DNA from: a virus
Direction: 5' to 3' (one strand)
IMG/VR virus record: IMGVR_UViG_3300045988_082433
DNA: 33,862 nt
A program made the translations under genes and the position numbers. The notes beneath the pieces were generated by a model. The model worked only from the letters and a program-made list of their open reading frames with translations, ran no database searches and was not told the DNA's origin. This document shows, piece by piece, positions 8,363-17,470 of this stretch; within the stretch, counting starts at the first letter, position 1; each line of letters begins with the position of its first letter.

Positions 8363-10027
8363 TTACGCCGCTTCATTTAACAGTTTCTTCCCAATCTCGC
8401 TGTGGTATTTTGAAACCATTGTCATTGCATCGAACACGGAAACCGCCCCGTCTATCCTCATACGTTTTTCAATCTTAACGGGCTTCATCCTGCTATCATT
8501 CATGTTGATTTCAACGGCCACATTTAAAAAGTGGGATGCTAAAAGTGTATTATCTCCCAGGTTATACTTTCCATCCTTTAAATCTCCCTCAAACTGGTTT
8601 AATATCGGCGTTAAGTTCGTACCCTGGTAAACATCATCTGTCTGAAACCCGGCCATTTTCAAATCATCCACCAAATACCCTGCACTGTATCTGTCATATC
8701 CGATTTTCAGCGGCCTTATTTTATATACCTTTACCAGGTCAATAAACCATTTGTACACATCTTTGTAATCCACCTGGTTTTCCCCGGATATTTCAAGAAA
8801 TCCCTTTTCCCGGTAAATGTTGTATGGCACATTATCTTCATTTACTGCCACTTCATACCGTTTCTTTGGCATATAGAATTTTGTTATCACATTCCATTTT
8901 CCTTTTTTCCATATAACGATTGATGCCGCCGTAAGGTCTGTGGTTCGTGAAAGGTCTATGCCGCCCACACAATAACAACCCCTATACTCTTCCAGGGAAA
9001 TGCCTATGTCCTCATTAACCGCTTTCATCACATCCCAATAGTCAAGCCATGCCACGCTTGAATTTTGTTTAATATTGCAGTATTTTGTGAGAAACTCAAC
9101 TTTCTTTGATAATGACGCTCTGGCAATCTCTATCTGCTCAATGTAAAATTCTTCTGATACGGAAACGCCCAGGTTTGGATTGCTCTTTTTTAGTTCCTCT
9201 ATGCTGTCCCATTTCTCTATGTCATCAATCATATACAGGAACGGCAAAATTCTTGTTTCCTTGGAATTGCCTTTTAGGAATGAGGTTGCACGCCGCATCA
9301 ATTCATCATAAATTCCGTCATTGATATATCCGGCGGTTGATATGGATAAAATAAGCGGTTGCTTTCTGGCTCCCAGGGCGGAAGTCATAACCTCATACTG
9401 TTTCAATCCCTGGTCCCCCGGCCACGCTTCCATTTCATCATTCACAACCATTTGAGGGTTGAAACCGTCTGATTTTTTTGAGTTGAAAGCAATCTTTTTT
9501 ACACTTGTATTAAATTCTTTGATGTAAATATCACTTCGGCGTTTCTTTGTAATGCTGTCCAGTTCGTCATCCGCCTGTACAATCTGGTAAAAGGCATCAT
9601 ACACAAGTTCCGCCTGATCCAGTTTCGGTGCAAGGAAATAAACCTTTGCCCCGTACTCCCCGTCTATGTATGTCATGTATGCCGCTATTGCTGCGGCAAA
9701 CAATGTTTTTCCGTTCTTACGGGCTACAACAATAAAAACTTCTCTAAACTGCCTGTACCCGGTCTTTTTATCCATAATGCCAAAAATGGCACTTACTATG
9801 GCCTTTTGCCATAGTTCCAATTTCAGTAAATCGTTACGGCCCTCGGAATGGTGGCAAAAGTTTTCTATGAATTTTATTGCCTTTTCTGCCTTGCCCTCGT
9901 CATAGTCCCATTTGCCACTTTTTAATCCGTCCACCAATATTTTGTAAATGGTTCTTATCCATTTTCCTACTGTCACGGTGCCATTTTGTATGGCTTCCCA
10001 GTATTGGAAAATATAGTTGTTATCCAT
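8363..10027 (-). CDS. terL: Terminase large subunit
   Basis: 554 aa. Walker-A-like VVARKNGKT, then a DDE-type nuclease half. Follows a P27-type small subunit with a TAA/ATG overlap. Confidence 0.9.
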   Translation of the reverse strand: MDNNYIFQYWEAIQNGTVTVGKWIRTIYKILVDGLKSGKWDYDEGKAEKAIKFIENFCHHSEGRNDLLKLELWQKAIVSAIFGIMDKKTGYRQFREVFIVVARKNGKTLFAAAIAAYMTYIDGEYGAKVYFLAPKLDQAELVYDAFYQIVQADDELDSITKKRRSDIYIKEFNTSVKKIAFNSKKSDGFNPQMVVNDEMEAWPGDQGLKQYEVMTSALGARKQPLILSISTAGYINDGIYDELMRRATSFLKGNSKETRILPFLYMIDDIEKWDSIEELKKSNPNLGVSVSEEFYIEQIEIARASLSKKVEFLTKYCNIKQNSSVAWLDYWDVMKAVNEDIGISLEEYRGCYCVGGIDLSRTTDLTAASIVIWKKGKWNVITKFYMPKKRYEVAVNEDNVPYNIYREKGFLEISGENQVDYKDVYKWFIDLVKVYKIRPLKIGYDRYSAGYLVDDLKMAGFQTDDVYQGTNLTPILNQFEGDLKDGKYNLGDNTLLASHFLNVAVEINMNDSRMKPVKIEKRMRIDGAVSVFDAMTMVSKYHSEIGKKLLNEAA

Positions 10028-10409
10028 TCCGTAACGCTGCCAATCTGCTTATATTTTTCTTTTCTTTCGGTGGTAAATACTCAATAAGTGAGTGTATAAT
10101 TGCCGTATATTGGCGTGAATATTTTTCATAAATTGTGGCTGACGGGTGGGCTTTTACAAATTTCTGGGAAGCGTTTACCGTTTCCGTTGTAAGGCCCTCT
10201 TTTTTCAATTCTTCTTTTGCCTGGAAGCACGCCACTTTTAAAAATGCCGCTTCCTCAACCAGTGAATTTACAAGGCTTTTCTTGTCCTCGTCATCAATCC
10301 CGGCAAACATTGACTGTAAAAATTCTATCTCTTTTTTTATCCGGGCATTTGTCAGTTTGTTTGCCCTTTTAGGTTCTTTCTTCGTCTTAGTTTTTGTATC
10401 TTCTGCCAA
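10020..10409 (-). CDS. terS: Terminase small subunit (P27 family-like)
   Basis: 129 aa with a basic N-terminus, immediately upstream of terL and downstream of an HNH gene. TTG start with a GAGGGGGG SD. Confidence 0.7.
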   Translation of the reverse strand: MAEDTKTKTKKEPKRANKLTNARIKKEIEFLQSMFAGIDDEDKKSLVNSLVEEAAFLKVACFQAKEELKKEGLTTETVNASQKFVKAHPSATIYEKYSRQYTAIIHSLIEYLPPKEKKNISRLAALRNG

Positions 10410-10422
10410 ATTTTAACCCCCC

Positions 10423-10833
10423 TCATATGCGTGCGACCTTGCAGAGTTTTTTTGAGGTATCTCCCTCGGTTCTTTTTTCCCCGGTCAAAAATAAAGTACC
10501 GGGGGGTGTGGTCTGCTGTTTATTTTCTTTCGGCGGCAACAAATTTCCTTTTGCATCAAAAGTGTAACGGCTGTTTGGCTTTACCTTATGTTCTTTGTTG
10601 TGGCAGTCCTCGCAAACATATTCCAGGTTGTTAAGGTCCAGTGTTACCCTGGCATCATGTATGTTTCCTGGTGTAATGTATTTCTTATGATGCACAATCA
10701 CACCGGGTTTGTATTGTCCTGCTGCCCGGCAACGCTCACACAATCCATTTGCCCTTTTGATTACTGCCACCCTTGCTTTCTTCCATGCGTCTGACTTATA
10801 GAAATCCTTTGCATATTCTTTCACTGCTACCAC
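10423..10833 (-). CDS. HNH endonuclease (packaging-associated)
   Basis: CERC...VHHKKYITPGN...NLEYVCEDCHNKEH is a Zn-finger HNH motif. The HNH-TerS-TerL order is typical of cos-type HK97-like phages. The true start may be the GTG 9 nt downstream. Confidence 0.85.
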   Translation of the reverse strand: MVAVKEYAKDFYKSDAWKKARVAVIKRANGLCERCRAAGQYKPGVIVHHKKYITPGNIHDARVTLDLNNLEYVCEDCHNKEHKVKPNSRYTFDAKGNLLPPKENKQQTTPPGTLFLTGEKRTEGDTSKKLCKVARI

Positions 10834-10884
10834 CGTCCTTTCTTCATGTTCAAAGGCTTATGAATGTATCACACCCATAAGCCC

Positions 10885-10917
10885 ATAATAATATACTTCA
10901 CTCTTACATTCTGACCC
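10885..10917 (-). promoter_or_regulatory. Late-promoter-like element copy 2 (GGGTCAGAAT-N17-TATTAT)
   Basis: Sense strand GGGTCAGAATGTAAGAGTGAAGTATATTATTAT upstream of the HNH gene. It is followed by the hairpin GGCTTATG-N13-CATAAGCC (10852-10884). Confidence 0.45.
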
Positions 10918-10942
10918 ACTTACTTGTTATCCTGCTGCCTAT

Positions 10943-11176
10943 CTATCCTTTTCCAACAATCGGAATAAACTGAAATGTCCATGCTTCATCTGCAATCGAA
11001 ACAAGGTTTCCGTCCTCATTGATTGCCAACACATCAATCCACTTTGGCTTCATAACCGTTTCCCTATGCTCATAATCATGTGGTACATCTTCTTTCATTC
11101 TCGCATCTACGAGTGCCACGGCATTTAGTACCCTTTCTCCGTGTATTACTTTAAATCTGCTTAAATCAATTGTCAT
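10943..11176 (-). CDS. Hypothetical protein
   Basis: 77-aa ORF with an ATG start, in tight operon context. Confidence 0.5.
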   Translation of the reverse strand: MTIDLSRFKVIHGERVLNAVALVDARMKEDVPHDYEHRETVMKPKWIDVLAINEDGNLVSIADEAWTFQFIPIVGKG

Positions 11177-11181
11177 TTCTT

Positions 11182-11517
11182 TTATCCTCTCTCTGGCAGC
11201 ATATCCATAGCCTGTGCCACCAGTGTTATAAATTCTGTGCGGTATTCATAGAATTGGCGGCGACCACAAACCGCATCCGCTATGTATTCATACGGCGTGT
11301 TATATACAATGCTCTTATATATTTTGTCCTGCATCTGCCGCCTGGCCTGGATGCCCTCGATATTCCCACATGAAGCACGCAAAGCATCTTCCACGATAGC
11401 GGCGGCCTTTTCATCAAATGCACTTGCCCGGCCTGTCCTTATTCTTTTTTTTCGCTTCTCGTTGCCCTGTATAATGCTTCTGGCAATCGTCTTTATATCT
11501 GCATCCAGTCTTTCCAA
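11182..11517 (-). CDS. Putative late transcriptional regulator (ArpU/RinA-like, sigma region-4-like C-terminus)
   Basis: 111 aa. The C-terminal CGRRQFYEYRTEFITLVAQAMDML resembles the HTH of ArpU/RinA-type activators. The position just upstream of the packaging genes is typical. TTG start. Confidence 0.4.
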   Translation of the reverse strand: MERLDADIKTIARSIIQGNEKRKKRIRTGRASAFDEKAAAIVEDALRASCGNIEGIQARRQMQDKIYKSIVYNTPYEYIADAVCGRRQFYEYRTEFITLVAQAMDMLPERG

Positions 11518-11537
11518 CTCACTGCCGCCCCCCCCGT

Positions 11538-12011
11538 TTACTCTTCATACGTTTTCTTTGACGTTTCGGAACGCTCAACTTTTATGCTCTCTTTTGCCAT
11601 TTTCGCCACCTTTGCTTTCACACCCATTCCAACATCAATGGTAATCCCTTTCATGTGTCTTGCTTCTATGGCATCCACCGTTTTCAGCATTACTTCCACA
11701 ACATCCGTATCAATCGGCCTTTCTGCATTATCCCCAAATAATTCATTGATACGGTTCTTGGCTTTCTGCACACGCTCTTTACTTTCTGCGTATTTTTTGG
11801 CTTCGTCACACTCACATTTGCACGTTGCCGCTTCGTCAACTTCTGCCTGGCTCCATTCTTCCCGTGCATGAATAATCCCGGCCTGTCCACAAAATCTGCA
11901 ATATCCCGTCTGTGTCTTTGCTCCCTCTGGTACTTCCTGGCCGCCGTCCTGCTCCATTTCCCTTAAATCCTCTTCTGGTATCTCATGGCCGCCGTCTGTC
12001 TTTTTCTTCAT
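11538..12011 (-). CDS. Hypothetical Cys-rich protein
   Basis: 157 aa with an acidic N-terminus and a CRFCGQ..CKCEC cluster. Confidence 0.5.
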   Translation of the reverse strand: MKKKTDGGHEIPEEDLREMEQDGGQEVPEGAKTQTGYCRFCGQAGIIHAREEWSQAEVDEAATCKCECDEAKKYAESKERVQKAKNRINELFGDNAERPIDTDVVEVMLKTVDAIEARHMKGITIDVGMGVKAKVAKMAKESIKVERSETSKKTYEE

Positions 12012-12016
12012 GGTGT

Positions 12017-12763
12017 TTATTCTCCTTTCCCTTTCCTTGCCTGTTTATAAGCATCCATGGCAACGGTCAGCACTGCCGCTGACTGTTCCACGGTAAGCCA
12101 GTCCCCTTTTACCAGTAATGCCAGATTTTTATTTATTGTTTCCAGTGTTTCTTCCAGGGTTATATTTTTCAATGGTTTCCCTGCTGCCAACTCTGCTATT
12201 GCTTTTACAACTGGTCTTTTAAAGCAATCGTCTACTGCTGCCATGTTGGCTTCAATCACACTTTCCGCCCTGGTCTTTCTGTGCTTCTCGCATCCACAGC
12301 ACGGTTCCTTTGCAAACATCCGCCCAGGCATTGGCACGCCGTCACACATACCGTCAATCCACGGGGCATTTATGCACTTTGCAAGCGGCATCCGTTCCGG
12401 GTCCTGCAAATAGTCCATAATCTCTGTTTTTGCTTCCTCTGCTCCATAGCAAACCACTGTTTTATAACCCTGCTGCTGTAATGCCGCCATATACTCTTCC
12501 TGTGCTTTTGTGGGCTTATTGTTCCCATACTTCATTTCCAGGTAAAGCCCATGGAAATTGTGGCTTGCCACTGGCAAACACACATCCGGCACACCGTTTT
12601 TCATGCCCATTGCTTTAAGCACCGGGCCGTTTGTGCGTTTCCCCTCGTTTGGAACGTGATACATGAGGGAAAGGCACGGCAAAACGTGTGTGTTTCTCAT
12701 TGCCCAATTAAAAAGTGCTATCTGCTCCGTGGTTTCTCCACGTTTCATATTCTGCAATTTCAT
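12017..12763 (-). CDS. VRR-NUC domain nuclease with Cys-rich C-terminal extension
   Basis: EQIALFNW...NEGKR...GMKNGVPDV...GLYLEMKYGNNKPTKAQEEYMAALQQQGY matches the VRR-NUC PD-(D/E)xK layout. Confidence 0.75.
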   Translation of the reverse strand: MKLQNMKRGETTEQIALFNWAMRNTHVLPCLSLMYHVPNEGKRTNGPVLKAMGMKNGVPDVCLPVASHNFHGLYLEMKYGNNKPTKAQEEYMAALQQQGYKTVVCYGAEEAKTEIMDYLQDPERMPLAKCINAPWIDGMCDGVPMPGRMFAKEPCCGCEKHRKTRAESVIEANMAAVDDCFKRPVVKAIAELAAGKPLKNITLEETLETINKNLALLVKGDWLTVEQSAAVLTVAMDAYKQARKGKGE

Positions 12764-12773
12764 ATTCTGCCCC

Positions 12774-13046
12774 CTACTCTGTTAGTGTTTCGCTAATCCA
12801 ACCACATTTCCTGCACTCATAATTCCAACATCCCACACCCTCTGTTGATGCTCTGTCATATGCGGCGGCTTTTTCCCTGTTGCTCATTCTGTATGGTTTA
12901 TTTTTTAAAATATCAATGTATTTCCCTGTGTTTGCATCTTCTGACTTATTTAATGCCGCACTTGTGTTTATTGTTATTTTTTTACTTCCGCAAACCGGGC
13001 AATAATAAATTCCGTCTTTGCGAATAATCTCTTTTTGTTCTCTCAT
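12774..13046 (-). CDS. Zinc-ribbon protein (hypothetical)
   Basis: 90 aa with CPVCGS ... CRKCGW. Confidence 0.5.
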   Translation of the reverse strand: MREQKEIIRKDGIYYCPVCGSKKITINTSAALNKSEDANTGKYIDILKNKPYRMSNREKAAAYDRASTEGVGCWNYECRKCGWISETLTE

Positions 13047-13057
13047 GGTTTTCTCCT

Positions 13058-13978
13058 TTACGCTTCCTCAATGGCATATTCTCTTTTACGCCGCTTGCAA
13101 TCTTCCAACATGGCTTCTAAAATCCCCACTTCCTCTTCATTCAGCCATGTATAATATTTTTCAATCATCTTTACGGCATGAAGCTTCCGGGCATTTTCCT
13201 TTTCCTCTTCGGTTGTGTCGGTATCTGACACATTGGCTTCCCTGGTTTCCTCTTCCTTGGTTTTTCTGCCTTTCTTCTCTTCGGTCATTGCCCTTATTTC
13301 TTCCGCACCCACTCCACCTTTGCTTTCGGATGCCTGGGCAATCTCTTTTTGTGTTTCCTCGTCTGCCTTTGATGCTTCCAGGGCTGCCGTAATGCCCATA
13401 TTGCCTTTCTGGAACTGCTCTTTTACTTCCTGTGTGGCGTTTCCGTCTATGGTGTTTAAGTCCCTTATCTTCGGCACTGTTTCCCCCATGGCCGCCGCCA
13501 CATAGTCCCGGACCCTTTCCCCGGCTTCCAGAATTAAAAGCCCCTCTTTTCTTGCCTGGGTCAAAACCTCTTTCCATTCTGCCGCCTGTGTCATAAGGTC
13601 ATAGTCTGTCATTTTTCTGTTAAACGTATTTCCTACCAAAAGGGCAATTCTAAATTCTGTTTCTGTCATCTGCTTATATCTGCATTTGACTGTTTCAAAG
13701 GCTTCTTTCCCCTCTGCCACAAGAATATTTAATGCGGCCATGCGGCGGTGTCCAGAAATAAGCCAGTATTCCCCGTTTATCTGCCCTAAAACAAGTGGTT
13801 CCTGCAACCCGTCCATTTCAATTCCTGCCGCAAGGTCTTTCAATCCGTCCATGCTGTATTTATTATGTTTTGTCACAACAATGTCCCGGATGCCTAACGT
13901 GATTTCCTGGTATTCGTTGTTTTCCCCTGCTGCCGCTTTGGTTGTTGCATTCATAAGGTCCATGATGTTAAATGCCAT
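13058..13978 (-). CDS. parB: ParB/Srx-domain partition-like protein
   Basis: EPLVLGQINGEYWLISGHRRMAAL is a ParB N-terminal GxRR box. Directly downstream of a ParA ATPase. Acidic C-terminal tail. Confidence 0.75.
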   Translation of the reverse strand: MAFNIMDLMNATTKAAAGENNEYQEITLGIRDIVVTKHNKYSMDGLKDLAAGIEMDGLQEPLVLGQINGEYWLISGHRRMAALNILVAEGKEAFETVKCRYKQMTETEFRIALLVGNTFNRKMTDYDLMTQAAEWKEVLTQARKEGLLILEAGERVRDYVAAAMGETVPKIRDLNTIDGNATQEVKEQFQKGNMGITAALEASKADEETQKEIAQASESKGGVGAEEIRAMTEEKKGRKTKEEETREANVSDTDTTEEEKENARKLHAVKMIEKYYTWLNEEEVGILEAMLEDCKRRKREYAIEEA

Positions 13979-13983
13979 TTTTT

Positions 13984-14787
13984 CTATCTCCTTTCCTCTG
14001 CTGCCAGATGCCCAAACTTTTGCACATATTCTTCCGTAAACGCTTTGTAATCCTGGGCGGCTCCACTCCTTACGCTGTAATGTGTCGGTGTCTGCCTGTA
14101 AAATGTGGCATCCTTGGCCTTTTTGGAATGTCTGATTTTACACTGGAACACATGACAGCCGCTTTTTGTTCTCAACCACCTTTCTGCCGCTTCGCTTGTA
14201 TCTGATTTTTCAAAATCTGTAATGAGTACCCCGGCAATCCTGGCCTTTGGATTTAACGCCCGTATCTGGTTTATCTGCTCCACCAGTTCTTCCAGGCCGT
14301 CCAGGGAATAGGCATCTAAGCGGACGGGTATTATAATTTCATGCGTTGCCACCATAGCATTTATCACATTCATTCCTAAATCCGGCGGATTGTCTATAAT
14401 GCAATAATCATACTGCCCGGAAACTTCATGCAATGCAGATTTATAACGGTCATGCTGTGCGTGTTCTTTATCCGCCTTTATTTCCAATTCCGCCAATTCC
14501 ATGAAATAATTACACGGTACAATATCCAGATTTTCTTCTTTCGTGTCCCGGATATTCCCAGTAATCCGCCCCGTCTTAATAATCCGGCACGCTTCCGCTT
14601 CCCTCTCTCCGTTGTACACTCCAAACATTCTGGATGTATTTCCCTGCTTGTCATTGTCAAACAATAGAACCCTGCTGCCTTTGCGTTTTCTCCGCCTGTC
14701 CCCCTCTGCCAACAATTCAGCCAATGAAACGGCGGTTGTGGTCTTTGCAACTCCGCCTTTTAGGTTGATGACTGATATAATTTTCAT
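13984..14787 (-). CDS. parA: ParA/Soj-type partition ATPase
   Basis: MKIISVINLKGGVAKTTT is a deviant Walker A motif; DNDKQGN and IIDNPP are also present. The track ORF starts at TTG 14814; ATG 14787 is preferred. Confidence 0.85.
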   Translation of the reverse strand: MKIISVINLKGGVAKTTTAVSLAELLAEGDRRRKRKGSRVLLFDNDKQGNTSRMFGVYNGEREAEACRIIKTGRITGNIRDTKEENLDIVPCNYFMELAELEIKADKEHAQHDRYKSALHEVSGQYDYCIIDNPPDLGMNVINAMVATHEIIIPVRLDAYSLDGLEELVEQINQIRALNPKARIAGVLITDFEKSDTSEAAERWLRTKSGCHVFQCKIRHSKKAKDATFYRQTPTHYSVRSGAAQDYKAFTEEYVQKFGHLAAEERR

Positions 14788-14810
14788 GTTTTCGTTTCGC
14801 TCCTTTCGCT

Positions 14811-15683
14811 TCAATTCCGCACCATACGGGCGTATATGTAAAATGCCGCATTGATACCGTTGTATTTAACCTCTGCATCCAGAAATTCATATCCTGGATA
14901 TGCCTTTTCTAACTGTTTTTTTAATGTGTCAAAATTCTTTACCATTCGTTCCACCTGGCTTTTTTTGAATTTTGAATAACTTCGCTTTGGTTCCGGCGGC
15001 TTTTTGAGGTTCTTTGACGGGCACCACCGCTTTGTCCCATGTGGGTTTTGTGTGATATATGTTGCCAGTCCTGTAAGTAAAAATTTATCATCCGGCATGA
15101 TCCGTCTTGTGTTTGGTCTGTCACACTTTCCCCATAATTTTTCTAACTGGTCCCTGTCTATTCCGTCCCCAGAAATCAGAATGTGGAAATGCGGACGCTT
15201 GTACCCGTCAAATGCCAGGATATAAATATACTTTGCATTTTCCAATCCTGCTTTCTTTCTCCTGCGGTTGATACGCTTAATGAAATTCGTTATGTCCTTT
15301 CTTGCCCGTTCTACGCTGTCCGGCAAACAATCATCATTCCACCCAAACGTGGCCCAAATATCCCCTTTCCCAAAATTGATATTTGCCAGGCGTATGATAT
15401 ACCGCCTTGCGTTCTTGTCGTTTAGGTTGCTTTGTGACGGCCTGGTTTCTCTCTTTTTCTTCGTCACTGGCATATCCGCTTTATTCGTGAATGACGGGTA
15501 CACCTGGGCTTCCAAAAGGGTTGTTCCACTCTTTATGTTCTGGGACTTCGTTGTTGTTGTGCGATAAAGGCACGCCACCTTTCCGTCTTTCATCAACTTT
15601 TCCAATTCCCATTCTTCTAACTTCTCGCATTGCTTCTGGTATGCTTCCTCATAATCGTAATTATCATAAAAGCGTTTCTTCAT
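14811..15683 (-). CDS. HUH-type rolling-circle replication initiator-like protein
   Basis: 290 aa. KRPHFHILISG is an HUH motif and GLATYITQNPHG is a candidate catalytic Tyr motif. First gene of the rep-parA-parB operon after a 402-bp intergenic region. Confidence 0.5.
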   Translation of the reverse strand: MKKRFYDNYDYEEAYQKQCEKLEEWELEKLMKDGKVACLYRTTTTKSQNIKSGTTLLEAQVYPSFTNKADMPVTKKKRETRPSQSNLNDKNARRYIIRLANINFGKGDIWATFGWNDDCLPDSVERARKDITNFIKRINRRRKKAGLENAKYIYILAFDGYKRPHFHILISGDGIDRDQLEKLWGKCDRPNTRRIMPDDKFLLTGLATYITQNPHGTKRWCPSKNLKKPPEPKRSYSKFKKSQVERMVKNFDTLKKQLEKAYPGYEFLDAEVKYNGINAAFYIYARMVRN

Positions 15684-15819
15684 AGTTCCCCACCTTATGT
15701 AAAAACCCTGTTCCTTTCCCTGCCCCTTTCATCCCCTATATATCTAAATAAAAATATAGGTGTCTGATATGTTAATACCCATTACAAGGACGGGAACCGC
15801 CGGGCTGTGCCTTAATAAA

Positions 15820-15939
15820 TCAATCCAAAAAACATTCTTCCAGGGCTTTTTTGATGACTGCATACCCTAAAAGTGTAAATGCGGCCGCCAGTCCTGCTGC
15901 TACCACCACAATTAAAACAATCATCCAAACCATATTCAT
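15820..15939 (-). CDS. Small single-TM ORF (39 aa), tentative
   Basis: My translation is MNMVWMIVLIVVVAAGLAAAFTLLGYAVIKKALEECFLD. AGGAAAGG SD upstream. Below the track cutoff. Confidence 0.3.
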   Translation of the reverse strand: MNMVWMIVLIVVVAAGLAAAFTLLGYAVIKKALEECFLD

Positions 15940-16085
15940 AATAGGCCCTTTCCTTTCGTGCAATTTCTTTCCTATATATAGTTGAAACCGCTTTTATTCT
16001 TCTATATCTTGTGTTATAATGTCTTTGTTAAGTTCCAACCCGGTTGTTTTGGTTCCCCACCTCGCAACCGGGTTTCGCTTTGTCT

Positions 16086-16388
16086 TTATGCTTCTGGCAA
16101 TTCTCCATATAATTTTTCATAAATTCCCGTTGCATATCTCATTAAAAGGTTTTTCGCTTCCTCTTCTTTTATTGCCTGGCCGTACTTCATGTCGTAATCC
16201 TCTTCATGCGTCAAAAGCCAGTTCCCTTTTGCAGATTTCCACAACTGGCACGCATATTCCCGTCCAACTTCCTTTCCTGGGTACATGGCACGGGTCAACG
16301 TGTTATCTACTCTGTACCACTTCTTTACCTCTGCAACCATTTCCATGTTGTCAGTTTCATATTTCATTCCGTTTATTACAAATTGCAT
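16086..16388 (-). CDS. Hypothetical protein
   Basis: ORF 16086..16409. The probable start is ATG 16388 (MQFVINGMKYE) behind a GAGGA SD. Confidence 0.5.
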   Translation of the reverse strand: MQFVINGMKYETDNMEMVAEVKKWYRVDNTLTRAMYPGKEVGREYACQLWKSAKGNWLLTHEEDYDMKYGQAIKEEEAKNLLMRYATGIYEKLYGELPEA

Positions 16389-16708
16389 TTGTTGTCCTCG
16401 CATTTCCAATAGTATTCATTTATAATCAGCATTTCTTTTGACATTAAAAGCGTCACGCCTAAAGGAACCGTTAAAAGTGCAATCGTGGCATCCCCGTTTA
16501 ATATCTTAACTGCCACCGCCGTAAAAATTAGAATTGCCACCCCATACAGTTTTTGGGTCAGAAAGTATTTTTTCTTTTCCCTCTTCTCTTTTATGGCTTG
16601 TTTTCTTCTTTTTTCATGTTCCACCGCTTCCAGATACCCGGCCATGTATGCTTCCTCAATCAATACCTGGTCCGGCCCATTGCTTACCCTCTGCAATTCT
16701 GCCGTCAT
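16376..16708 (-). CDS. Membrane protein (hypothetical)
   Basis: The probable start is ATG 16708 (MTAELQRV) behind the recurrent GAAAGCGAGGAAACTTAAC cassette. Two predicted TM segments (LYGVAILIFTAVAV, IALLTVPLGVTLL). Confidence 0.5.
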   Translation of the reverse strand: MTAELQRVSNGPDQVLIEEAYMAGYLEAVEHEKRRKQAIKEKREKKKYFLTQKLYGVAILIFTAVAVKILNGDATIALLTVPLGVTLLMSKEMLIINEYYWKCEDNKCNL

Positions 16709-16730
16709 GTTAAGTTTCCTCGCTTTCCTG

Positions 16731-17093
16731 CTACTGCGTGTTGTAGTTATCCACAATATCCACAACGCTGTCCATAATGTTTTCTAACTCTTCAACCCTC
16801 ATGGCCTTGTCATCAATATAAAAGTCTGCATAAATCTTTCTTGTGTCATTGCCCCACCGCTGTATCTGCTCCGGCAATGGTGCGTTTACAGCATCAAATA
16901 CAATTCCCTGGGCCTTGCACCATTCCACTGCCGCTTCCAGTTCCTTTCCGTCCCTGCTTGTCCATAAAATGATTTTATGACCGGATGCTTTTAACATCTT
17001 TACCGCCGCCACAACCTTTTTGCGTGGTCCTATGATTTCCGGGAACCTGGTAACGGCCAGTGTGCCGTCAAAATCCACCGCATAAACCGCCAT
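16731..17093 (-). CDS. HAD-superfamily phosphatase-like protein
   Basis: VDFDGTLA (DxDxT motif I), LWTSR (motif II) and YIDDKA (motif III/IV). Confidence 0.6.
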   Translation of the reverse strand: MAVYAVDFDGTLAVTRFPEIIGPRKKVVAAVKMLKASGHKIILWTSRDGKELEAAVEWCKAQGIVFDAVNAPLPEQIQRWGNDTRKIYADFYIDDKAMRVEELENIMDSVVDIVDNYNTQ

Positions 17094-17107
17094 ATGTAAC
17101 CGCCTTT

Positions 17108-17470
17108 CTACTGCCCGTATTCTTCCATGCTCTCTTCTGTTTCTTTGCTTGGCATACTCATTTCATATTTCAGCAGCATGGCCGCCGCCTGTACCATTTC
17201 ACAAGCGGCATCTATGGCCTGTCTGTAAATTGCCACTGGCGTTGTTTCCTTATCCAGGAAATGTGCTATGCTCTTTCCCCGTACCCGGTCCCACATCACG
17301 CCCATGGAAGATTTCACATTTTCCATGGCTTCCTCTGCTTCCTCTATTTCTTCCAATGTCACGGCGTACCCCTCATGTGGGGAAGAAAAAAGCGGAAAAA
17401 TTGCATTTGCTCTGTTAAGTTCCGCCTGGGCCGCCGCTTCAATTTCTTTTCTTAACTCATTCATTGCCAT
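17108..17470 (-). CDS. MazG-like all-alpha NTP pyrophosphohydrolase (tentative)
   Basis: SPHEGYAVTLEEIEEAEEA resembles the EExxE metal-binding helix of MazG-like proteins. Start ATG 17470 behind GAGGGTG. Confidence 0.35.
   Translation of the reverse strand: MAMNELRKEIEAAAQAELNRANAIFPLFSSPHEGYAVTLEEIEEAEEAMENVKSSMGVMWDRVRGKSIAHFLDKETTPVAIYRQAIDAACEMVQAAAMLLKYEMSMPSKETEESMEEYGQ

Noticed and set aside
15982-16020. A plus-strand promoter (TTGAAA ... TGTTATAAT) driving ORF 16019..16441.
   Set aside because: The -35/-10 spacing is 27 nt, and the downstream plus ORF is antisense to two supported minus-strand genes. At most it could drive an antisense RNA, so it is not called as a gene.
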